Source: Armatimonadota bacterium
GTDB taxonomy: Bacteria; Armatimonadota; SYMT01
Direction of reading: 5' to 3'
DNA: 64,000 nucleotides
Assembly: GCA_046292385.1 (NCBI GenBank)
Contig: JBKBRF010000011.1
Coordinates: 64,001-128,000 of the forward strand
Under the pieces are notes generated by a model. It had not been told where the DNA came from and did no database searches. It saw nothing but the letters and a program-made list of their open reading frames with translations. The number at the start of each line of letters is the position of its first letter. Positions within the stretch are counted from its first letter, which is position 1. Both the position numbers and the translations under genes were made by a program. Shown one piece after another: positions 48,301 to 56,604 of the stretch.

Positions 48301-48673
48301 TCCGAACCGGGATTCACCGCAGAGACGCAGGCTCTCCGGACCTGTTTCACCACGGAGCGCACAGAGGACACCGAGAGGAACCGGCACGGGAATTCACCGC
48401 GGAGAGCGCAAAGGACGCAGAGAGGGGAACAGAGGGAGAAACCCCGGGGCCGCTCGTGGGCTCGTCAGCGGATCAGTCCTAAACTCTGGGTGCCCTCTCC
48501 GCGTTCCCTCTGCGCCCTCAGCGGCCTCTGCGGTGAACTAGATTCGGATCAGGGCCGCAGTACGGCTGACGTGAAGCGAATCAGGCCCTAAACTCTGGTC
48601 CCCTCTCTGTGCCTTCTGTGCGCTCTGTGGTGAAAAACCAGGTTCGGATTCTGCCCGCGTCTCGGCGGTGAAT
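48301..48673. repeat. Composite nested inverted-repeat element (CACCGCAGAGACGCAG family), copy 2
   Basis: Three left arms (about 48312, 48345, 48391) and three reverse arms (ending about 48537, 48635, 48673), nested. Confidence 0.75.
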
Positions 48674-48691
48674 CACGGGTCCCCGCTGTCA

Positions 48692-48720
48692 TTGACTCCC
48701 CACAGTGCGGCAGGTAGAAT
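48692..48720 (+). promoter_or_regulatory. Sigma70-type promoter
   Basis: TTGACT-17 nt-TAGAAT. Confidence 0.75.
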
Positions 48721-48779
48721 GGCACTCAGCGCGGCAGGGGGCCGATCTGTGGGAATAACAGGGCAGCGGGGTTCGCCGG

Positions 48780-48811
48780 GACTCGGGGCTTCGTGCCCGG
48801 AGTCTTTTTGT
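48780..48811 (+). terminator. Intrinsic terminator within the leader of the R3H/AAA gene
   Basis: GACTCGGGGC-TTCGT-GCCCGGAGTC followed by TTTTTGT. Confidence 0.7.
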
Positions 48812-48844
48812 CTCAGCTTGCCAGGCCCTCCGCGCCAAGACCAG

Positions 48845-50503
48845 ATGTCAGAACTCACCCACGGCGAGAGCCGCATTACCGATAACCTGGACCAGCTCCT
48901 GCAGGTGCTGCCGCCGGACGTCCGCCTGGCGATCCAGGCCCAGACGACCGGCGAGGAGCTGCTGGAGATCGTGCTCGACCTGGGCCGCCAGCCGGAGGCT
49001 CGCTACACGAGCGGCAACGTGCTGCTTACCGACCGCGTGATCGACCACGCGGACCTGGAGTACGTCACCAGCCGCGTGGGCGAGTTCGGGAAGGATAACC
49101 GCGCCGGCATCGAGCGGACCCTCCACCGTATCTCCGCCATCCGGAACCGCACCGGCCGCGTGGTCGGCCTCACCTGCCGCATCGGCCGCGCGGTGTTCGG
49201 AACGATCGACATCATGCGGGACGTGGTGGAGAGCGGAAAGAGCATCCTCATCCTCGGCCGGCCCGGCGTCGGAAAGACGACCAAGCTGCGCGAGGTGGCG
49301 CGCGTGCTGAGCGAGGAGTTCGGCAAGCGCGTGGTGATCGTCGACACCAGCAACGAGATCGCGGGCGACGGCGATATCCCCCACCCCGCCATCGGCCGCG
49401 CGCGCCGCATGCAGGTGCCGGAGCCGGCGCTGCAGCACGCCGTGATGATCGAAGCGGTGGAGAACCACATGCCGGAAGTGGTGATCATCGACGAGATCGG
49501 CACGGAGCAGGAAGCGTTCGCCGCCCGCACCATTGCGGAGCGCGGCGTGCAGCTCGTCGGCACCGCCCACGGCAACACGCTCGAGAACCTGATGATGAAC
49601 CCGACGCTCTCGGATCTGATCGGCGGCATCCAGCCGGTCACCCTGAGCGACGAGGAAGCGCGCCGCCGCGGCACGCAGAAGACGGTGCTGGAGCGAAAGG
49701 CGCCGCCGACCTTCGACGTGCTGATCGAGATGATCGCCAAGGAGAAGATGGCGCTGCACGAGGACGTCTCCGGCACGGTCGACAACCTGCTGCGCGGCCG
49801 TCCGCCGCGGCCGGAGATCCGGGAGCGGACCGACGCGGGTGCCGTGGAGGTGATCCAGCCCTCTGAGGCGAGCCTGCTGCCGCCGCGGGAGGCGGGAGGC
49901 CGTGAGCGCGTCGGCACGCTGCGCCCGCACGTGCCGAGCGGAGACCGGGAGCCCCGTGGGACCACCGACGGGCGCCGGCGCCCCGAGGAGCTGGACTTTC
50001 CCCCGACCTCCTACTTCGACGAAGTCGAGGCGAAGCAGCCGAAGACGGTCAAGATCTTTCCGTTCGGCGTGAGCCGCAACCGGCTGGAAAACGCGATCCG
50101 CGTGCTCAGGGTGCCGGCCACGCTCACCCGCACCTGGGACGCCGCCGACGTGGTGATTGCCCTGAAGGCGCACTACCGCCGGGATCCGGGCCGGCTGAAG
50201 GACGCGATCGAGCACCACAAGCCGACCTTCGTGGTCCGCAGCAACACGCAGGTGCAGATCGAATCGGTCCTGCGGGAGATGTTCGGCCTCAACTCCGACG
50301 ACTCGGAAGATGAGGCGGGGGCGGCGATGCGCGAAGCGGAAGAGGGAATCGCCCGCGTCCTCCAGTCCGGCGAGGCGGTGGAGCTGCTCCCGCAGAACTC
50401 CTACGTGCGCCGCCTGCAGCACGAGCTGATCCGAAGCTACAGCCTCGCCAGCGCCAGCGTCGGCAGCGAGCCCTACCGCCGCATCCGGATCACCCGGAGC
50501 TAG
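48845..50503 (+). CDS. Ycf45/SpoIIIAA-like AAA ATPase with C-terminal R3H domain
   Basis: [47 protein letters not shown]3H motif [11 protein letters not shown]. Confidence 0.9.
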   Translation: MSELTHGESRITDNLDQLLQVLPPDVRLAIQAQTTGEELLEIVLDLGRQPEARYTSGNVLLTDRVIDHADLEYVTSRVGEFGKDNRAGIERTLHRISAIRNRTGRVVGLTCRIGRAVFGTIDIMRDVVESGKSILILGRPGVGKTTKLREVARVLSEEFGKRVVIVDTSNEIAGDGDIPHPAIGRARRMQVPEPALQHAVMIEAVENHMPEVVIIDEIGTEQEAFAARTIAERGVQLVGTAHGNTLENLMMNPTLSDLIGGIQPVTLSDEEARRRGTQKTVLERKAPPTFDVLIEMIAKEKMALHEDVSGTVDNLLRGRPPRPEIRERTDAGAVEVIQPSEASLLPPREAGGRERVGTLRPHVPSGDREPRGTTDGRRRPEELDFPPTSYFDEVEAKQPKTVKIFPFGVSRNRLENAIRVLRVPATLTRTWDAADVVIALKAHYRRDPGRLKDAIEHHKPTFVVRSNTQVQIESVLREMFGLNSDDSEDEAGAAMREAEEGIARVLQSGEAVELLPQNSYVRRLQHELIRSYSLASASVGSEPYRRIRITRS

Positions 50504-50583
50504 CCGGCTCCAGGGTGTAGGGGGTAGGGTTTAGGGTGTAGGTTTCGCGGGCGGCAATCCGACCTCGGATCGCCGCCTCCGGT

Positions 50584-50638
50584 CTTTAGCCTTTAGCCTT
50601 TAGCCTTTAGCCTTCTGCCTTTAGCCTTTAGCCTTTAA
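50584..50638. repeat. Tandem heptamer (CTTTAGC)n
   Basis: About 8 units, one degenerate, ending just before the tmk ATG. Confidence 0.85.
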
Positions 50639-50641
50639 GAG

Positions 50642-51361
50642 ATGTTCATCACCTTCGAAGGCCCGGAAGGCAGCGGGAAGACGACGCAGATCGCGCTGCT
50701 GGCGGAGACGCTGCGGGAGAAAGGGCGCGAGGTGGTGGTGACGCGGGAGCCGGGCGGGGTGCCGGCGGCGGAGGCGATCCGGGAGCTGGTGCTCCACGGC
50801 CGCGTCTGGCCCGAAACGGAGGCGCTGCTCTTCCTCGCCGCCCGCGCCGAGCACATGCGGGAGGTGGTGCTCCCGGCCCTGGAGCGGGGCGCGGTGGTGG
50901 TGTGCGACCGCTTCAACGATTCCACTCTCGCCTACCAGGGCTACGGACTTGGGCTGCCGGTCGACCGGCTCCGCGAGCTGTGTGACTTCGCCTGCACCGG
51001 CCGCTGGCCGGACCTCACTCTGCTGCTCGACCTTCCGCCCGCCGCGGGGCTGCGCCGCCGCTTCGGCGGGGGCGTCTTCGAGCAGCTCCACCTGGAGATC
51101 GACCTCGGCGAGCCCGCCGGTCGCGCGGAGCAGGGAGCGGGGCAGGCGATCAACAAGATGGAAAACCGGGCGCTCGACTTCCACGAGCGGGTCCGGCAGG
51201 GCTTCCTCACAGAGGCAGAGCGCGCTCCGGGGCGAATATACAGGATAGAGGCCGCGCGCACCGTTAAGCAGGTCCGCCAGGAGATCTGGCGCGTGGTGAA
51301 ATCCAGACTAACCGCAGTGGCTGCCGAGACCGTACCGGGGGCGAGGGAGGAAACGCGATGA
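50642..51361 (+). CDS. tmk: Thymidylate kinase
   Basis: FITFEGPEGSGKTTQ, TREPGG, CDRF.DST.AYQG, PDLTLLLD. Confidence 0.95.
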   Translation: MFITFEGPEGSGKTTQIALLAETLREKGREVVVTREPGGVPAAEAIRELVLHGRVWPETEALLFLAARAEHMREVVLPALERGAVVVCDRFNDSTLAYQGYGLGLPVDRLRELCDFACTGRWPDLTLLLDLPPAAGLRRRFGGGVFEQLHLEIDLGEPAGRAEQGAGQAINKMENRALDFHERVRQGFLTEAERAPGRIYRIEAARTVKQVRQEIWRVVKSRLTAVAAETVPGAREETR

Positions 51362-51687
51362 AGCTCGTAGTGGCCGTAATCCATGACCGCGACCAGCGGC
51401 GTACCAGCGAGACGCTGCTGAAGGCGGGCTTCAAGTTCACCAAGATCGCCAGCACCGGCGGCTTCCTCCGCGAGGGGAACGTCACGATGCTGATCGGCGC
51501 GAAAGAAGACGAAGTCGACCGCCTGCTCGCGCTCCTCGACGAGTCGTCGCACGCCCGCGAGCAGTACGTGAACGTGCTTCCGCCGGAGGCGACGCCGGTC
51601 GGGACGTTCCTCACCAATCCTGTTAAGGTGCAGGTGGGAGGCGCCATCGCGTTCGTGCTCGACGTGGAGCGATTCGAACGCTTCTGA
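51358..51687 (+). CDS. darA: Cyclic-di-AMP receptor, PII-like (DarA/PstA)
   Basis: MKLVVAVI.D.D, TKIASTGGFLREGNVT.LIG, VGGAIAFVLDVERF; follows tmk. Confidence 0.9.
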   Translation: MKLVVAVIHDRDQRRTSETLLKAGFKFTKIASTGGFLREGNVTMLIGAKEDEVDRLLALLDESSHAREQYVNVLPPEATPVGTFLTNPVKVQVGGAIAFVLDVERFERF

Positions 51688-51959
51688 ACGCCGCCGCTGC
51701 CGGAAGCGACGGTTAGCAAGTTGCAGGTTGCAGGTTGGCAGGTTCGGAACGCCGGCAGCAGCGTCGAAGTGAACTGCCTCACGACTGTTTGCGGAGTGAC
51801 GCGCTTGCGCGGCCCTTCTCCCGGAGTGAAGTCGCCACCGCCCAGCACCGCGCGGTGGATCTGGCACCACCTACCGGATACACCACCGGGACGTCCCAAC
51901 CCGCAACCTGACGACCTGCGAACCTGCAACACCCCCTCCCACGCTCCCGCTCAGTCCCC

Positions 51960-53063
51960 ATGACTCCGCTCATCGGACAGGAAAACCCGGAGGCGCTCCT
52001 GGCGCGCGCGCTGGCACAGGATCGCGTGGGCCATGCCTACCTGCTGCTCGGGCCGTCCGGCAGCGGCAAGGCGAGTCTCGGCGTACGCTTTGCGGCGGCG
52101 CTCTGCTGCAGCCGGCAGCCCGCGGCGGCGCTGACCGGCGGCCGGTGGCGCCTCGCCCCCTGCCAGGAGTGTGAGAGCTGCCGCCGGGTCGCGGCCGGCA
52201 CTCACCCGGAAGTCGTGGCGGTGCTCCCTGATTCCAAGACCGGGCAGGATATCTCCGTCGCCCAGGCGCGGCTGGTCCGGCAGAACGCCGCGCTGGCTCC
52301 CAAGCTCGGCACGCGGCGCGTCTACCTGCTCCCCAACGCCGAGGCGCTGAACGAGGTCTCCGCCAACGCACTGCTGAAGACGCTGGAGGAGCCGGCCGCG
52401 CCGGTGACGCTGGTGCTCTGCGCCCCAAACCCGAGCCAGGTCCTGCCCACCATCCGCTCCCGCTGCCAGACTGTCCGCCTCGGGCTGGTGCCTGCCGCCG
52501 AAATCGAGCTGGGCCTCGTCTCCCGCGGGGTCCCGACCGAGCTGGCGCCCGCCCTGGCGCGGGCCTGCGGCGGGTGTCCCGGGCTCGCGATGACGTGGGC
52601 GGAGGACCCGACCGTCCTCGACCGCCGCCGCGCGGTGCTGGATGTCTTTGTCGCCGCCCTTCGGGCCCAGGCAGCCGGCCAGCCGTCGTACGGGGTGCTC
52701 GCGCTGCGGCTGGCGGAACAGCTCCGCAAGCTCGGAGAGGCGGAGAAGGACGACGAGGGCCCTGCGCGGCCCGCGAAGGTGGTCCACGCGCAGAACCTCG
52801 ATCTCGGCCTCACCTTCCTGCGAGACCTCCTGCTTCTTCGCCAGGGAGCCGATCCGTCACTATCGCAGAACCAGGATCGCGTCTCACAGTTAATAGAGAT
52901 GGCGATACACGCGGAGCCCGCGCGGATCCTCGACGACATCGAGGTCGTCCGCGAGGCGCAGCAGCTCCTGGACCGGAACGTGACCCCCCAGCTCGTGCTG
53001 GAGAGGATGTTCTGGGCCCTCATCTCCGGCCGTATTCCGCTTTACGAGCCGCTGTTTGATTAG
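51960..53063 (+). CDS. holB: DNA polymerase III subunit delta'
   Basis: HAYLLLGPSGSGK, zinc-binding Cys cluster, ANALLKTLEEP, LPTIRSRCQ. Confidence 0.93.
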   Translation: MTPLIGQENPEALLARALAQDRVGHAYLLLGPSGSGKASLGVRFAAALCCSRQPAAALTGGRWRLAPCQECESCRRVAAGTHPEVVAVLPDSKTGQDISVAQARLVRQNAALAPKLGTRRVYLLPNAEALNEVSANALLKTLEEPAAPVTLVLCAPNPSQVLPTIRSRCQTVRLGLVPAAEIELGLVSRGVPTELAPALARACGGCPGLAMTWAEDPTVLDRRRAVLDVFVAALRAQAAGQPSYGVLALRLAEQLRKLGEAEKDDEGPARPAKVVHAQNLDLGLTFLRDLLLLRQGADPSLSQNQDRVSQLIEMAIHAEPARILDDIEVVREAQQLLDRNVTPQLVLERMFWALISGRIPLYEPLFD

Positions 53064-53182
53064 GGTCCGGGGTATAGGGGTTAGGGTATAGGGAGCCACT
53101 CCGAAGGCTCTTCTCTCTTTTCAGGAGCGGGCCAGGGTGAGGCCGCGCCAGCCGCCGCCGTCTTCACGAGACCATTACCGAG

Positions 53183-54028
53183 ATGATCAGCCAGCCGAAA
53201 CAGACCACCACTCCCTCCACGGGGCCCGGCGCCGACACCCAGCCGGTGGCGGCAGGGCCGCGTCCCTGCCCGAACTGCAGCGCCACGGTGCCGGCGGACT
53301 GCGCCTGGTGCGCCTCGTGCGGACTGCAGGTGGCCGACCCGTGCTGGGAATGCGGGCGCGGGCTGCCGGCGGGTACCGCCTACTGCCCCGCCTGCGGCAC
53401 CGCGAACACCGAGCCGGCGGTGGTGCAGTGCAGGCAGTGCGCCTCGACCGTCCAACGGGGCCACGTCTACTGCACGCAGTGCGGCACGCAGGCCCGGCTG
53501 GCGTGCCGGGAGTGCGAGCGGCCGCTCCGGCGGGAGTGGAAGCAGTGCCCCGCGTGCGGCGGGGACCCGGAGTGGGAGGAGTCCGGAGTCGGCCAGGAGC
53601 CGGCGCGGCTGCGCGGCGACGAGCCGAACGACCCCAGTGCCTGGCTGCAGGCGGCGCCGAAGACGCGGGAAGCGGATGACGCCAACGCCGCGGCCGTGAA
53701 GGCGTACGAGGCCGGCCGCTTCGCGGAGGCGGCACGGCTGTTCGAGCAGGCGGTGGAGCTGGATCCCACCAACGCCGGCTACTGGACCAACCTCGGCGTG
53801 GCCTACGGGGAGTGCGGCGACGACTTGCAGGCGTTCACCGCGTACCGCCGTGCCGTGGAGCTGAACCCGGGGGAGGTCTCGGCCTATTTGAACATGGGTT
53901 ACCTCTACATGGAGCGGGAGCGCACGGCGGAAGCCCGCGAGATGTGGGAGAAGGTGATCGCGCTGGCGCCGGACAGCAGCGAGGCCGCGGAGGCCCGCCA
54001 GAACCTGTCCGGCGCGGAGGAGGTGTGA
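53183..54028 (+). CDS. Multiple zinc-ribbon plus TPR protein
   Basis: Eight CxxC motifs (four double zinc ribbons) followed by about three TPR repeats. Confidence 0.85.
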   Translation: MISQPKQTTTPSTGPGADTQPVAAGPRPCPNCSATVPADCAWCASCGLQVADPCWECGRGLPAGTAYCPACGTANTEPAVVQCRQCASTVQRGHVYCTQCGTQARLACRECERPLRREWKQCPACGGDPEWEESGVGQEPARLRGDEPNDPSAWLQAAPKTREADDANAAAVKAYEAGRFAEAARLFEQAVELDPTNAGYWTNLGVAYGECGDDLQAFTAYRRAVELNPGEVSAYLNMGYLYMERERTAEAREMWEKVIALAPDSSEAAEARQNLSGAEEV

Positions 54029-54029
54029 G

Positions 54030-54389
54030 ATGAGCGATGGCAGCGATCTGGGCGAGCGCGCCCTCACGGCGGCACAGAACCTGGTCCGCAAGGGCCAGGA
54101 CGTGGCGCGGCGCGAGGCCCGGGTACTCCGCCTCCAGGCGCAGATGACGCGGCTCCGCAGCCAGAAGCAGCGGATCTTCTACGACATGGGGCAGAAGGTC
54201 TTCACCCTGTTCGAGCGAGAGCTGGTGAAGAACCAGGAGCTGCGCATGATGTGCCAGCAGATCCGCAGCATCGATGCGGAAGTGGAGATGCGCCGCGAGG
54301 AGATCGAGCAGCTCCGCCGCCGCGAGAACCAGAGCGAGGGGGGCGTGGACCAGGACGCCGAGATCCTGGACGATATCACCCCACATTAG
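54030..54389 (+). CDS. Hypothetical coiled-coil protein
   Basis: GGAGG RBS, starts 1 nt after the previous stop, heptad-rich. Confidence 0.75.
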   Translation: MSDGSDLGERALTAAQNLVRKGQDVARREARVLRLQAQMTRLRSQKQRIFYDMGQKVFTLFERELVKNQELRMMCQQIRSIDAEVEMRREEIEQLRRRENQSEGGVDQDAEILDDITPH

Positions 54390-54518
54390 CGGGTAGCGTG
54401 TAGGGTGTAGCGTGTAGGTCTTTGGTGACTGGGTGCGCCATCCGCGGGCCGCTGCTACTCTCGGGCGGGGTGGCGGGACGGGGTAAGAATCGGGGCGAGG
54501 TAGCCAGGGGGGCGAGCT

Positions 54519-55226
54519 ATGTCCGAGCCGGAGCTGAAGCTCAACAGTCTCTCGCGCTACTCCAAAGATTCGCCCCGCCTGGTGCGCGAGGAGTACGGCC
54601 ACTGTGAGGTCCCTGCCGGCTGCGGCGGGGCGGTGCTGCGCTGGCGCGATCCGGATGCCGGAGTGCCAGTGCCGGTAAAGCTCTACACTGCCGGCCGCGG
54701 CGAGACTTACCTGGACGGTGCGCCGCTCACCGCCGGCCGGCCGCTGATCTCGTTCGGGGATCATCAGCTTGCGTTCGAGATCTCGGGACTCGACTTCCGC
54801 TACCTGGTCCTCTCCTTCGCCGCGGTCTACCGGGAGACGGAGGAGGACGGAATCCAGCGGTCGCGACTCACGGGAGAGCAGGTGACCGTGCTGTCCGCCC
54901 CGGACGGCACGTGGAAGTACTCCACGGAGCCGCCGGGGGATCCGCGCTGGCGGGAGCTGGAGTTCGATGACTCTGCCTGGCGCTCGATGGTCGAGAAGAC
55001 CGCGCGGCCTCAACCCGCCGATCCGGAGGCGTACGACCCCGATCGATGGCGCATCGAGTGGACCACCGATCTGGGCGCCGTCCCCCTCGGCATTCCGCTT
55101 CCGCCGCCCGCGGCGTGGGAGCGCCTGAAGCTGTTCGGAGAAGGCGAAGCCCCGCCCGCCGTTTCGAAGCTCTGGGTGCGTAAGCGGTTTACGATCACCC
55201 GCCGGGAGGGGAATGGCGATGCCTGA
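54519..55226 (+). CDS. Hypothetical protein with N-terminal HCEVPAGCGG motif and probable galactose-binding-like jelly-roll domain
   Basis: DGTWKY...W...FDDSAW...LWVRKRF pattern; overlaps the radical SAM gene. Confidence 0.75.
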   Translation: MSEPELKLNSLSRYSKDSPRLVREEYGHCEVPAGCGGAVLRWRDPDAGVPVPVKLYTAGRGETYLDGAPLTAGRPLISFGDHQLAFEISGLDFRYLVLSFAAVYRETEEDGIQRSRLTGEQVTVLSAPDGTWKYSTEPPGDPRWRELEFDDSAWRSMVEKTARPQPADPEAYDPDRWRIEWTTDLGAVPLGIPLPPPAAWERLKLFGEGEAPPAVSKLWVRKRFTITRREGNGDA

Positions 55227-56592
55227 CGCGCCTGCCGCCCCCGCGAGAGAGCCGCTCGTCGTCATCCCCCAGTACTTCGGCTGCCTCGTGTTCGATCGCC
55301 GCACGTCCCGCTACGTCCCGTTCGACGTGGAGGCGACCGCGCTGCTGCTCCAGCTTCGCGAGCTGCCGGTCGACGCCGTGCTGGCGCGCACTCCGGATGC
55401 GGATCGGCGGGGGCGGATCATCGACTTCTTCGAACAGTTCTACGGTCTCGGCTACTTCACGCTGGAAGGGCGCCTCTCCGCGACCGTGCTCGACCTGGAG
55501 GTGCCGGAGGACCACCTCGCCGGGCCGCTCTCGCTCCACCTGGAGGTGGTGGCCGCCTGCAACCTGACCTGCACGCACTGCTTCGCGGGGGCGCTGCCGC
55601 GCCGTGAGGAGCCGCTCTCTCTCGCGGAGCTCGACCGTCTCTTCGGCGAGATGGCCGCGCTCGGCACCTTCCGCCTCGGGCTCACCGGCGGCGAGCCGCT
55701 GCTGCGGAAAGACCTGCTCCAGATCATCGACCTCGCCCTGGGGCACGGGCTCTGTCCGTGCCTCACCACGAACGGCCTACTCCTGACCGAAGAGCTCGCC
55801 CGCGAGCTGGGAAAGCGCGAGCTTCTCTGGCTAAACGTGAGCCTGGAAGGGGCGACCGCGGAGACCAACGACCGTGTCCGCGGGATCGGCACGTTCGACC
55901 GGGTGCTGGAGCGATTGGAGCTGCTGCGGAAGCACGCGCGGTTTACCCTCGCATTCACGCTGATGCAGAGCAACGTCGCCGAGGTCGAGGCCTGTGCGGA
56001 GCTGGCGGCGCGGGTCGGCGCGCACACCGCCGTCTTCCGGCCGCTCTATCCGGTCGGCACCGCGCAGGAGCATCTCGACCTGATGCCGACGTTCCAGCAG
56101 TATCACGACGCGCTCGACCGGCTGGTGGCTCTGGAGGGCCGGGAAGCTGCCGGCGGGTTTGACCTTCGCCCGATCGACCCGTTCACGCCGCAGCTTCGCC
56201 AGGAGACGCAGTCGCGCGTTCACCAGAACTTCGGGTGCGGTGCGGGAAACCTCGTGTGCTCCGTCTCGGTCTCCGGCGACGTGAACCCGTGCAGCTTCCT
56301 CGGTCCCGCCTTCGTGGCCGCCAACGTACGGGAGCAGTCGCTGGCGGAGATCTGGCACCGCAGCCAGGTCTTTCAGCAGATGCGGAGCCTGGTCATCGAC
56401 GAGCCGGCCGGGCGGGACGAGACTGCCCGCTTCGCCGGCGGCTGCCGCGCCCGCGCGTTGGTGCTGAACGGCTCCGTGGATGCCCCGGACCCGTGGATCA
56501 CGGAGCAGGCAGCCGCGGACGGCGCCTCTGCCCGACCCGTGCGCAGCCCGCTCCGGGTGCTCGACGTGGCTCCGGAGCGGCGAGGACTTTAG
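55213..56592 (+). CDS. Radical SAM protein with SPASM/Twitch-type C-terminus
   Basis: CNLTCTHC, TGGEPLL, TTNG, VSLEG; CGAG...GDVNPC...GGCRARA; start may be 55219. Confidence 0.92.
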   Translation: MAMPDAPAAPAREPLVVIPQYFGCLVFDRRTSRYVPFDVEATALLLQLRELPVDAVLARTPDADRRGRIIDFFEQFYGLGYFTLEGRLSATVLDLEVPEDHLAGPLSLHLEVVAACNLTCTHCFAGALPRREEPLSLAELDRLFGEMAALGTFRLGLTGGEPLLRKDLLQIIDLALGHGLCPCLTTNGLLLTEELARELGKRELLWLNVSLEGATAETNDRVRGIGTFDRVLERLELLRKHARFTLAFTLMQSNVAEVEACAELAARVGAHTAVFRPLYPVGTAQEHLDLMPTFQQYHDALDRLVALEGREAAGGFDLRPIDPFTPQLRQETQSRVHQNFGCGAGNLVCSVSVSGDVNPCSFLGPAFVAANVREQSLAEIWHRSQVFQQMRSLVIDEPAGRDETARFAGGCRARALVLNGSVDAPDPWITEQAAADGASARPVRSPLRVLDVAPERRGL

Positions 56593-56604
56593 AGGGCTTC
56601 TCGA

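Noticed and set aside
48301..48673. CRISPR array
   Set aside because: The repeats are degenerate and inverted or nested, not identical direct repeats with regular spacers; no cas genes are present.
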